From Psammoneis japonica (taxonomy: Eukaryota), in the NCBI GenBank assembly GCA_008632985.1, contig QPGO01000009.1, positions 434,001-498,000 of the forward strand: DNA of 64,000 bases. The letters are read 5' to 3'. Shown piece after piece: positions 11,400-23,040 of the stretch (positions are counted from its first letter, which is position 1; each line of letters begins with the position of its first letter). The notes below the pieces were generated by a model. It did not search any database. It was not told the origin of the DNA and saw nothing but the letters and a program-made list of their open reading frames with translations. A program made the position numbers and the translations under genes.

Positions 11400-14300
11400 A
11401 ACACACGAAGAACACCAGGACCAGCGTTCATGTCCGAAAAGGCAGTGGTGTTGTCAGAACCAAGACATGTTTGGCAGCCAATGTGGGACAGAGAGTGGTT
11501 GTTTTGGTCTTCTCTGGGTGCAGCAGCTGGTGGTGGCAACAGTGCAGAGGCAAGAGAGAGTGAGAGAGTGTGGGCGAGCATGAGGCCATGTGATGTGAAA
11601 CGTTTTTCTGGCACAGAGATTGTGTGGCCTCTGGCACATGCCCTTGCACCATGCCACACCATGGAAAAGTTCTTTGCATCATGATCACCCAGCTGATGCA
11701 GAGAAAGCAGAAGGAACAAAGAGTGTTGTGCAGGCAATTGGGCAGCATGCAGCAGCTCTCTCTGAGCCTTGTGGCTCTCCAGACAAAATGCTGTGGGGGG
11801 CTCAATTGGCACATTGCTTTTGCTGGTTGGTTGAGCAATCCTGTTTGTGAAGAGTGCTTGTTTGGCATGTTGTCAGCTGTGTGTCAACAGCAGCCAGCTC
11901 CCACAGAGCTCACAAACCAGCAGATTGGCTTGCAAAGAACCTTTGCACTGATTGGCTGAGCTTTGTCAAAGAAAAACCAGACCCAACATTTAAAGTGCCA
12001 TTGCACTCCTTTGCCAGCTGTGCCAACACTGGCCAACTCACACTCCCAGTGCACAAGTGTGTGCAACAGGAGAGGACAATGATTTGCCAGGATGGGCATC
12101 ACTGGGAGGTGATGCCCCGCCAAAATGACCACCAGCAACAGAGTGAGTTCCGCGAAGCGCAGAGCACTTCACCTTTTTTGCAATCTTTTTGAGTCTTGGT
12201 TTTGCCATGGCAATCCTGTTGAATGCCCCACAAGTGGTGCAAGTCACATGATCCTCAACAGAATCTGTCAGAGCCTCTCTGTCCTTTTGCACTTGGCAAG
12301 CAGTCTTGTCTTTTTTTGCATGTGGCAGCCAGCTCAGCTTCTGCCTGCAGCCATCATGCTGATTTGTGGGTGTCTGCATCATGTCTGTGCACTGCCAAAT
12401 TATGAGGCTCCCACAGTTCCCACCTGATCTCCAAATGCGTGATCTGATTTGCCTGCCCACACCAGAGGGTGTTGATTTTCCTTTTGGTGCTGCACCAAAA
12501 GTCCCAACTCCCTGAGATGTGTCCTTGAAAGGTGTTGCACAGCTTGGAGCATCAGCCATTGAACACTTGGCACCAACCAATGTCCATCATCTGTGCTCTC
12601 CACAAATGCAAAAGATTGGGGGGACATTGGTTTGCAAATCATCAAGTCTTGAAACCATTCTTCTGAAGAGGACAAGAGAAAGTCATGCCAGGAGGCATTG
12701 TGTCAATTTTGTCACAGCATTGCTGGAGTCCTTGAAAGCACTTTTGTTTCCAGGCTTCATTGTTTGGGCATTCAAGGATGTGATCACATCCTCCATGGAT
12801 GGCTGCAAGCAAGGTGATGATGAGGGCACACTGGGGTCATGTCTGTTGGCAATTTGTTTGTGGGCTTGATTTGACTTGACTGCAGAAACATGTTGCTTCA
12901 AAAATCTGAGGATCAGGGTGGCACAAATGGACCAGTCAATCTTGTCAGCAAAGGATTCACATCATTGGTGAAAAATGGGCAAAGCTGCAGTGGAAAAACA
13001 CAAAACAGTGCACAGGCTGCTGCCCCTCCCGCTGAAGATTGAAGTTGCTTGCAAGTGCACTGGCATTTCTGCTTGTTCTTGTTCAAAAGCAAAGTGTGCT
13101 CTGTCAAACCTCCACTCTTGACACTTGTCTGCACTCTGTCACTTGCTTTTTTGAACCTTGGAAGCACTGCCAAATTGACAATGTGCCCTTTTGATGGTGC
13201 AAACACAATGTGGAAACACACAAGCCATCACAAAACCAGTGCATGTCAAGGCAAGAGATGACTTTGATCAGCTGCTGCTGCCGTCTCAAGAAAGTGGCAG
13301 CAGCTGCAGCAGTGGTGCATCATGAAATGACCCCAGTGATGACAGCAAAGAAAATCCACCTTCTTGGTCATGCTCCCTTTTGGCAGCCCTTCTCAGCTGC
13401 GTGGCAAGCAAGAAGAAAGCAGGGCAGCAGTGGCATGGCAGGGTCAGCAGTGTGGCAGTGCTTCCTTCAGCCACCTGTGCCTCCTTGATGTGGAACAATG
13501 GAAGGCTGCACTGAGGGTCAGCACAAAAGCAATTGGCTGTGAAAGGGTGCTTCCCATGGCTTGCAAGAACATCTTGAAAAAGACTGTCAGTTCTCTCCTC
13601 AACTTTAAGTGCAAGAAGCCACATGGCATGATGGCTGAGCCACCACCAGAGAGGCTTGCACAATTTCCACAAAATTGCTTGCAGATTCAATGCTTGGCTC
13701 ACCACTGCAACTTCTTTGTCGCTGTCGCCAGCTTCTGCTGTGGCCCAATTGCATGAATTTGTCACATGTGCCATTTGCTCTCCAAGGACATTTGGGTGTT
13801 CATGGGTCAGACTCAAGACTTGGCTGTGCTGCGTGTGCAGACAACTGCTTCAAAGCAATTGAGCTCTGCCCAGAGCTCCAACAAGTTGGTTGCCCTCTGT
13901 CACTCTCTGACTCTGCTTCCTCCGCTGTTTGGTGCTCCAGGGTGAACAATGGTTGGTTGAGCTCCAGGTGCCAAAGAGCTGCAAAGGGTGGTGGGTGGTG
14001 TGGCTGGGCTGCAAGTGAACATTTGCTCTCTTGCAGTCTCATCAATGTGCAGCGCAACATTGTCAAAACAAAGGAGTGAGCTGCAGCTTGAGCACTGCTG
14101 GCATGCTCATGCACTGCTTCTGCATTGCTGCTGCCAGCAACACATGCTCATTGCAGAAACAACTGCACCACCCACTTGTGCAGGAGTTGGAGACACAGAC
14201 CATTGTCTTTCATTGACAACAGTCTCCGGTCATGACACAGCTCACAAGATTGCCAGGAACACAGGAGTTGCCAGCAAATTTTAAAAAATCTTGCTGGTGT

Positions 14301-17300
14301 GTGCTGGCCAGCACATGTCCTGTTGTGCTGGCTTGCTCCCCCTTGTGCCCTGTTTCTGGTTTTTTGCCAGCAACTGATGATGCCCGCCAGCAAATTTGTT
14401 CCCCCTGCCAGCAGCTTCAATTTCTCATCCCCCTTGCCAGCAACATGCATCCCTCATCTGGATCACAGTTTTCCTGTCCCCCCACCTGCAATGAGTTTTG
14501 CAGCCTCCTGCCTCATTCCCCCCTCACCTGCAAATGATGAGCACTGTTGCTGCCTCCACCATGAGCAACAACGATGATCTGTCTGACATCGTGAGCCCCT
14601 GTGCACAGGTTCTAAGGTCATGTTGTGTCATGGACAACCACAAATGCACCACATGAGATGACTGGTGTCTTTTATTAAAATGCCCTCTTTGCCACAAATG
14701 TGCTGTTCTTTCAACACTTGCAAAATGTTGACCAAGTGAGTCCTTGCCAAAAATTGTCAAACATGCTTTTGGTGTGTGGTGCAATCCACCATGCCCTTTG
14801 CCAAGGCCTTGTCCAAACAGCAGAGCATGTCCATCAGCAGACTGGCATTCTCTGCAGACAGCATTGACATTTGCGTGTGCACCACACAACAACCCCGGCA
14901 GCAACAACAACAAGACTTGCTCCAGAGAGGGATGCTCCAGACTGACATCTAAAAGAGAAATCCACAAACAAACCAAACTCAATTGTGAGTCAAGGTGCAC
15001 TGCCCTCAGCTTTCTCACTGTGGTGGGTCCCTGGTGCAGGATGCTGCACTGCCAAACAAAGCTGCTGGTTGTCCATTTTCAACGGAACAGGTTCCCAGCG
15101 CAGCTTTAAAACTCAAACAACTTGAGAACCAGTGCAAATGCTCCAAGCCAGAGATGGATGTCTTGGATGAGCTGGTCTCACCCTGGTGTTGGTGATCATG
15201 ACAAGATGGATGGAGGGAAGGGGGGGACTCATCATTGCAATTGTGTTGTGTGGGTTCTTTCATTGGTTGTCTTGCTGTGACCCACTTGCACAACATTGTC
15301 CTTTCTGCTTGCAGTTGCATGCCAACTCTGAGTGACCTTGAGTGCTGTTCTCTTGAGCAGCAATGATGTCAGCAAGCCATGACTGTTTGTGCAAGTGATG
15401 CTTGGACAGCAGTGTCATGAGATGGCTGCTGAAACAGCATCTGAAGTCTGACAGAAATGTCTCCAATCCTTGTTGGAAGTGATGTCATGTGAGCTCATCC
15501 AGTTCCTGCACGTGGCTTGTTTTCTGAGTTGCAGGTGTGCTGCATTGTTGTGACATTTCCACACACCTTGGGAGATGTTGAGAAGCTGCTTGATCCAATG
15601 CCACACCCATTTGCTCCTGTTTTGCATGAGGATTTCAGTCAACAGTGCTTGTCTTGAAGTTGCAACCACTCTTTTGCAATCCATCCTTCAGGCAATCCAT
15701 CCTTTGGGCAATCCATCCAACCCAATGGCGTGTTTTGGCTGGATGGTGCATCAGAGGATCAGGCTGTCAAGGGGATCATGCATGGCTGGTGGATTCCAGA
15801 GTTGTTCCTCCATGCCTGAAGGTGATGCTGAGCTTCATCAGAGAGGCTGCAAGCCATGTTGTTTTTGTTGATCCACGGACATGTTTGCAGAGCAATTTGT
15901 TCCAGCGATTGGTGGCTTCAGGGCACACAAGGATGTGAGTTGTTGCAATGAAAGGAGGGTCCAATGTGCTGCACCTGAAAGTGCCATCTCACTGTTGCTC
16001 ACTGCTGCCCCTCTTTTCCTTTGGGGCATTGGCACACTCTGCAATGTGACAATGAAGGTGGCAATCAAACACCTGATGGAGAGCAGCCTCTTGGCTCTCA
16101 GCGGCAGTCTCAATGTTCAAACACCACATGAACAAGAAAAATTGCCAAGGTGCTGCTGCCAAGGACAACCTCAGCAGTTGCTCACAATGCTCAGAGATGA
16201 GGGCAACCTTGTCTGCTGGCACAGATGGCTGATTAGAAAGACAAACAAATTTGCCATGACAGAGTGACCCAAAGGATTCAATCAAAACACAGCAGACCTT
16301 GTGGATGCTTGCCACAACAGGCACAGCACCACTCTGAATCACTTCTTGAGTGGGCAGGTTCTTTTTCAATCATTCCAACTTGGCAGTGGTTGCAGCCAAA
16401 ATCCATGCAGTTGCTGTTCCATGATGCCTGCGTGTGTGTCTTCACCACAATGACGGCTCCTTGTGGCATCCAGTGTCTTTTTAAAAGGCCTTTTTGGGAT
16501 TTTGTTGTCTTCTGCATTTTTTGATCCTTTCCTCCTGAATCAAGAGAAGCACACCAGTGCAACAAGTGTCCACACTGGCGACATTCATGAATGAATGAAT
16601 GAATGAAGAAGTCATCAATGGCACAACATCTCAAGTCAGAATGTGAAATGCCATGGCATTGTGCGTGCAAAATCCAGGTGTTGAAAGAATGACATTGCCA
16701 GAGCTTTGATTTTTAAAACGCTGTCCCCACCAAGCAATCTCTGCAGCACTGACTCTGTCCAATTGCCCCAACTTCCAAACTGCAAATGCTGCATCCACTC
16801 ATGTGGAGATTTTGGTCATGAGGACATTGCAGAAAATGAGGGGCTTGACTGCACTCAAGAGAAGTGAACCTCAAAGATCAGGCTGCCAAGAATGGATGGA
16901 ACAAAGATGATGGAACCCCATTGATCCCTGATGATCCAACAGAGCCAGAAGGGAGTTGCTGATTCTGCACTCCATGGACTTCCACACCAGATCCATGCCA
17001 CAGAATTTTCCTTCTTTCAAAAATGTTTGGCCTCATCAACAGTTGACACACATGCCCACTGCACTGCCATTTCACCAAATCAAATGACCAAACAAATTTC
17101 CCACCCCCACTGCTGACACCAAGCAAACTGATTCCAACATGCTGCCAAAAAAGATGAGAGAAAACAGCAGACACACAACTCTTCTCACCAGCCTGAGTCA
17201 TCGCATCATGCCAGCTGCAGTGCAGTTGTGCCATGCACATCATCTCAGCCACACTCATTGAGGAATGTGCATTCTTTCTGAACATGCCCCACTGCAAAAG

Positions 17301-18350
17301 GAGCTCATGCAGGGTGTGCAATGCTTCCAGACAATGGACGTGCATGTGTTGTTGTGGGAGGTCATCACATGGGCACTTCCAATGGCAAAGCCTCTGTCAT
17401 TGCCGTGGCTGTGCTTGACACACCACAATGGGTGAGCACAACAACCACAGTCAGCAGCGCACCTCTGAAAATTGAGGCAACACTGGCAAACAACATGAGG
17501 AGGGTCATCATGACATGGATTTGGCTTGTGAAACAGAGCTTTGTGGATGGCAGTCATGCTCACACATCCAACCAGCCAGCTCTGCTGGAGAATCACTTTT
17601 TGGTCAGCCTGGTGACCAAAATGAGCATGTGCACCCTTGGGCAGAACATCAGGGATGAACAGAAGTTTTGATGACAGAGATGCAGCAGCACTCTGAGATC
17701 CACCAAAACCTCCAGCATCAGGTGTCTCAGATGCAGCACAGTTGTTGTTCAGTGCATGGATCAAATCAGAGATGTTGTTGAGCCGACATCTCCTCAGAAA
17801 ATGCTCAAGGGGTCTCAGGAGCATGGGCTGGTGGGTGCACAGCATTGGAGAACTCCTTCCAGCCCCTGAATGTCCAATGCACAGTGGTGGGGGCAAAGAT
17901 GAGATGAGAGATGCCAACAGCAAGAACCACTTTGGCGAATTGAGCTTGAGGGGCTTCTCTTCAATTTTGTGGCCCATCATCTGTCGGGGGACCCCAAAAC
18001 AATGATGCAACTGGTGGTGCATCAGCAGGGTCAAGGGTCTCAGACATGATCAGTTTGCAAAGGATGTGTTCCCAAAGCAGGTCAACAGTGTGGTGCTGGG
18101 GGGTCTTGCTGCGGATGATCAGTCAGTTTGTGAAGGACACGAGGATCCTGAAGCAGGCCAACAATGTTGTCCTTGGCCCTTGCATGCTTTGAATCTTCAA
18201 AAATTGATCCAAATCAACAACGGCTCCATTGCAAAGGCTGTTGAAGTGCTTTGTGACTTCATGATTGCGGCACGTTGGGCAAAGACAACATCAGAAATCT
18301 CCTGGATGGAGTCAAAACGGGCTTCTTCTTGGGGGTGAAAGTTGTCATGG
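11400..18350 (-). mobile_element. Highly degenerate transposable element, possibly a non-LTR retrotransposon
   Basis: Minus-strand VKPLIFCNVLMTKIS (~16850) and MPQGAVI (~16465) resemble RT motifs in the expected order. Otherwise unrecognisable. Confidence 0.35.
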
Positions 18351-19399
18351 TTGATGAGGTGCACAGAATTTTCGATCATGCTCCGTAAAAACCTGGTGCT
18401 GGTCTACAGAGCCTGTGCACCAATGAAAAAATCAATTTCTGGATGAAAGTGGTGGCCAGCTCGCTCAGCTCGCAAGCCAAGCAAACCACAGCGGAAGTTG
18501 CAAAACAGAAGAACAATGACCTGATGAGGCCATGACCTGTCAGAGCACCGATGGTTTGAGCAACAAGCTGAAGAGCTCCCCACAAACTGGTGACAGTGGA
18601 CAACACGTGTGCCCAGCAAGCAAAGAGTGGGAGAAGATCTGAGAAAGATCGATCATGCATCGGCATCTCGTCCATCTAGAATCGTCTGGCCGTCATCCAC
18701 ACACAGTCTAACCTTGTACAGTAAGGTCAGCTGAGAGATCCTAAAACATGAAATTCAAAATCGTGGACTTCCAAGAGAACTCTATGAAGTCCTGGACGCA
18801 TGGACAAGATCGATTTCAAGAACGAGAGAAAGGTGGTCTTTACGGAAAGCGCAAGCTGGCGGGTGCGCTCTCGGCTTCAAACATGAACCGCTTTTCGACA
18901 AAGAAGAACGGATCGTGAAATATGAAACGCCTGAGGATTTTGTCAATCTTCTACGAGACGAGCTACAGCAAAGTTGAACAAGAGGAAGCAGCTTCTAATA
19001 GGAAAGGATGCGACAGGAACAAAAGATCCGTAACAGACTGGCATTCTCGCCGATCTTCAGGACTGTGGCTTCGACTTGATGACAAAGGAAGAGAAGCCGA
19101 TAGTAGCAAGGACAACGGGTTCACAGAAGATGATGTAACCCGGGGGGTCGATTGGTTTCAGTGCACCCTCGCTCCGTGATCAATTTCAATCCGTCAATTT
19201 CAATCCAACGATTGGAATCATCTTTTCACTTTTATTTATCATCGCCATCATAAGAAAACAGTGTTGAATCATACATTATCTTGTGCATTTGTGGCTGTCT
19301 GCTGTGCAGTCGAATGACTTTTCGTGTTGCGCATACGTTCTTTCTTGGGTCGTGCTTGTCGCCGACTGCGACGTCAAATAAGCAGAAGTGGCATTATGT

Positions 19400-19840
19400 C
19401 CATGTGGCACTTTGAAAGCATAGGCATTCGACGACTTGTCTGCAGAGTACCTATTGCAGAACACGGGGCGGTGAGGCGAGGAGAAAATGATTTAGAATCA
19501 CGAGGAATGCTGATGTCCGTCACAAAAACAAGATACTTACATTAGCTTCTGGTCAACTTCTCTCGAGGTGCATAAATCAGCAAGAAGGTTGTAGGTCAAA
19601 ACTCGTATACTGTTTTCACCTCTTTCTCGTGACGTATTTATCCAGACATCGCGAATTGGGCTTAGGAGCGTGTAAATTCTCGGCCATGAAGATTCGAAGT
19701 ATTCAGTTGCCCTTTCCGTGCTGGCGGTGCGGCTGGCCCTTCGCGTCCGCGACCACTGGGTCGCCGCCACCGAACCAAACTTTCTTAACACTATCCACGT
19801 TGAACTCGTCACCCATCTCCTCTCAGTCATTGTCATTACT
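19400..19840 (-). pseudogene. CCR4/PDE12-like endonuclease-exonuclease-phosphatase fragment
   Basis: IRVLTYNLLADL motif followed by RRMPML after a frame break. No complete EEP domain. Confidence 0.5.
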
Positions 19841-20317
19841 GTTTTCGTTTCTCTTCTCCTGCTCGTTGGCGTCTTCTGCCTCTTTGTTCTTCGTTTCTTT
19901 TTGCAAGTCCGGAGACGAGTTCACAGGGGTCATTTCCGAGTTTCCCTCATCGATTTCTCTAGTTCAGGCTCTGGTACTTCAAGCTGCAAATGCAAATACT
20001 CCGCAACGTCCAAGATAACATCGTTGAGTCCACCTCGATGACTTGCTAGTTTTTCTCCACGCCGGGAGACGAAATGCATAATGACGGGGCAGCACTCGTT
20101 CGTGTCGAACACCCTTGTATCCTTGGGAGTATTCTTGGATACTCGATGCCAGATATCAGTACTGCTGCTCATTGGGATGTAGCAGCAAGCAGGGAATGCT
20201 CCATTCATCCATGTACTGCGGGGCGAGCTCCTTGCGTTCGATTCTGTCCTTGAAGCGCAACCGTCCGCGACGTCACAAACATCTCGTGAAACTGCATTTG
20301 GTCCAACTGCGCTTTCG

Positions 20318-21340
20318 TCAACTCGTCCAGCACCTATTTCTGTTTCTTTCTTCGACGGTGCAGTCGGGTTTACCAACGTTTCCAAAAAGAGCCTGTGGCG
20401 TGGCTTCTTCTTGCAGAGCAGTGATCCACTTTTGCTTCTTCTCCTCACTCGCCGCCCTCATTGTGAAGTGGAACTCCCGATTTACAACTTGAAACATGAA
20501 GGGGTACTTCCCGTCCTCTTCCTGTACATCTAATCTTTCAAGAGGCATGGCTCGGACGAGCTTGGAAGAATCCTTTCGCGAGTAATAGTACAACATCCGA
20601 TCGCCTGCCGTAAAGTACCGTTCTTTCCACGGCTTGGGTTTTAGGCAGGCAGAGCGCACACGTCGCTTGCAGAGCAAGACACCTCCAAAGTGCACTTCTG
20701 GATCCTTTGGCGAAACAGTAACTTGTTCGGTATTGAACTGACGATCGGCTTGTTCCAGAATTTCATACTCCATTGGATATATTGCCCTTTTCAAACAAGC
20801 GGTGAGGCCTGTGAGAGCGTGGCATTCTATATACCACGAAAAATTCAGTGTTTGTCAGCAGTTTGACACATCGTGAGTAAGCGAGAGCGTGGTAAGATGG
20901 ATATGGTTCTCCTGAGGTCGTTCCAGGCTGGTAGTCTTCATTTGCTCCCTGATGTATCCAGTTGAATTGAAGAGCAAAGTGAAGGGACTGTTGAGAAATG
21001 ACTGAAGCCAACCGCTCCAAGATGGCGTCGTCTCAATCAGCTTCTAGATGAAAAATCATATCAGACAACTGCGATAAGTAAAACTCGATTCCATGAAAGA
21101 CTTCTCGGGATTCAGCAATTTGGCAACGAAGAGTGCCTTGAATTCAACAGCTTTGGGGTCGTCACTAAACTGCCATATTAGCATGGCAATCTTTTCCATA
21201 TTATGAACCTTTCCTTGATTGTCTCGGCCAAACACATCATCGATAAGCCTAGTGAATAGCAAGCACGTGGGCAAGCACTGGAGTGAAGAACAGGCAGTAC
21301 AATGGATACGAAATTGCGACGAGTACAGAGCCGTCTTCAA
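20318..21340 (-). pseudogene. Fragmented PH-domain / phosphatidylinositol 4-kinase-like gene
   Basis: SQQSLHFALQFNWI resembles the PIK helical region. PH domain: WKERYF...MLYYY...MRAASEEKKQKWITALQ. Pieces lie in three frames and no kinase domain is present. Confidence 0.55.
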
Positions 21341-22050
21341 TCTACGTGAAAAGAGATTCGTCTGGCACGTACTTTGTTTTCAACGCCTCGTCAGCAGCCT
21401 TTTTGTCAGTACCAAAGGACGGCATTTTGTCTCGAGCCGTGGCACGGATAAGCTCTTTTCTGATAACAGTGCAACCACCAAAACACTAATGACTATTTTC
21501 AGCAGCCACAAAGCACACGGCACCGAAGCAAGCGCTTGCCAAATCGTTTTCTAAATCTTGTGGCCCCATGTACGAAACCACGAGCACGTCATTGCTCAAC
21601 GTTGCAAAAACAGAAAACAAAATGCCAAACAACAAACGGCAAGCATCAAAAGAACATCTCGGGTGAACACCTTTCCTTGAACGTGAAGGGGGCCATGGTC
21701 CGCCTTCAACTTGGACCTGGAATTTGATTCATTCATGATGGCTCGGTCTGACAACAGCTTTTTCCATAACAAAAACAAGCTGTACACTTGTATGAGTGTC
21801 GTTGCATCAAGCTCACAAACGGCATCAAAGCAACGCATCGACCGCGCCGCGGTCCACTGTCGACTGTCGGCCCGCGTGTTCATGGTCCGCGAGCGAGAGG
21901 CGATATCTTTGATGATATTAAACTTTATGCATATATATACATATATAATAATTATGTTATACGGTTCGTGGTCCTCGACAAAATGTGACCAAAACTCACA
22001 GGACGAGGCACTCACACTCACATTTTTGTTTTGGATTCACAACGAAGGAA

Positions 22051-23040
22051 ATGCCGACAAGCGAAACCAGCAACAGAGTACCACAGGGTAACGGTCCTCG
22101 AAAATACATCATAGGACTACTTTTTGCTGTAGTCGTTGTATTGTCGTTTACTTTTCGTTATGAAACTCCTTTTCTGATGGAACCAGCTCAATCGACAGAG
22201 ATTCAAGCAAGACGCCAACACAACGCAGTAGTGAACCACAACCACTCCGTAAACTCGGCACAATCGGGCTCGACGACGCAAAACATGGAAGTTTTGTTTG
22301 TAGCAATCATATCGATGCAACGTTCAAGCTCCACTCACTTTTTATACAACACTCTCGTGGGCTCTAAACATTGCTTTGTCGCGGCAAATGAAATATTCCA
22401 AGCCAGAGCTTCTCAGTCGGGCGATGCTTGGCAGAAGGAAGGAAAACACTTGTTAGAGAGATTTGAAAAGGTTAGGAAAATAAAGCCTTCGTCGCTCAAA
22501 AGATTTCTCAATAATGTTGCACGACGAAGGTGTTTGGAGCAGCAGCACTCGGAGAAGGTGTCTTGCGGTGGGAAATGCGTTGTAGGATACAAGGAATTTG
22601 AAGAGCACCTCACACCACAACAACACAAGGAATTGTGGAATCTCATGTACGATGATCTTGTACCGATTATTTTAGAGCGGGACGTGAAGGATCGGTGGAA
22701 ATCAAAATGGTTTGCGCTTCAAACGGGTGATTGGGATACATCTGGCTCTGCCGTTCACAAAGACAAAATCTCCGAGTTTGATGTTCCGCCAATCTCTTCC
22801 TCCAGGTCAGACAAAATATGTAAGAAACACAAGCTACGGTCCATGTGCGGCTTTCAGGAAATTCACAAGAAGTGGTACGCTTTGGCGCGATCTACGTTCC
22901 CACCCGAGAAGCGGGTGGAGTTGTCATTTGAAAGCACTACACAAGAGAATGGCACGGCAGCGCTAAGCATGGTACTGGATGCATTTCCTCCCTCATTTAG
23001 GGAATGGTGGTATACAACAACAAACGAGGTCACAAGATAG
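22051..23040 (+). CDS. Type II membrane sulfotransferase-like (Stf0/P-loop) protein
   Basis: N-terminal TM anchor, PAPS-binding-like IISMQRSSST, then NEIF, VGYK and ILERDVKDRWKS...TGDW. Confidence 0.65.
   Translation: MPTSETSNRVPQGNGPRKYIIGLLFAVVVVLSFTFRYETPFLMEPAQSTEIQARRQHNAVVNHNHSVNSAQSGSTTQNMEVLFVAIISMQRSSSTHFLYNTLVGSKHCFVAANEIFQARASQSGDAWQKEGKHLLERFEKVRKIKPSSLKRFLNNVARRRCLEQQHSEKVSCGGKCVVGYKEFEEHLTPQQHKELWNLMYDDLVPIILERDVKDRWKSKWFALQTGDWDTSGSAVHKDKISEFDVPPISSSRSDKICKKHKLRSMCGFQEIHKKWYALARSTFPPEKRVELSFESTTQENGTAALSMVLDAFPPSFREWWYTTTNEVTR

Larger units (their letters stand above)
11190..18670. other. TpA- and CpG-depleted hypermutated domain 2
   Basis: Over ~7.5 kb TA survives mostly as TTAA/CTAA/TTAG, CG is rare, and TG/CA is strongly enriched. 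Confidence 0.85.

Noticed and set aside
11400..18600. Dozens of 60-260 aa ORFs in the track (and similar sets in the other depleted blocks) as real genes
   Set aside because: They overlap in all six frames, lack Tyr and arise from loss of TAA/TAG stops.
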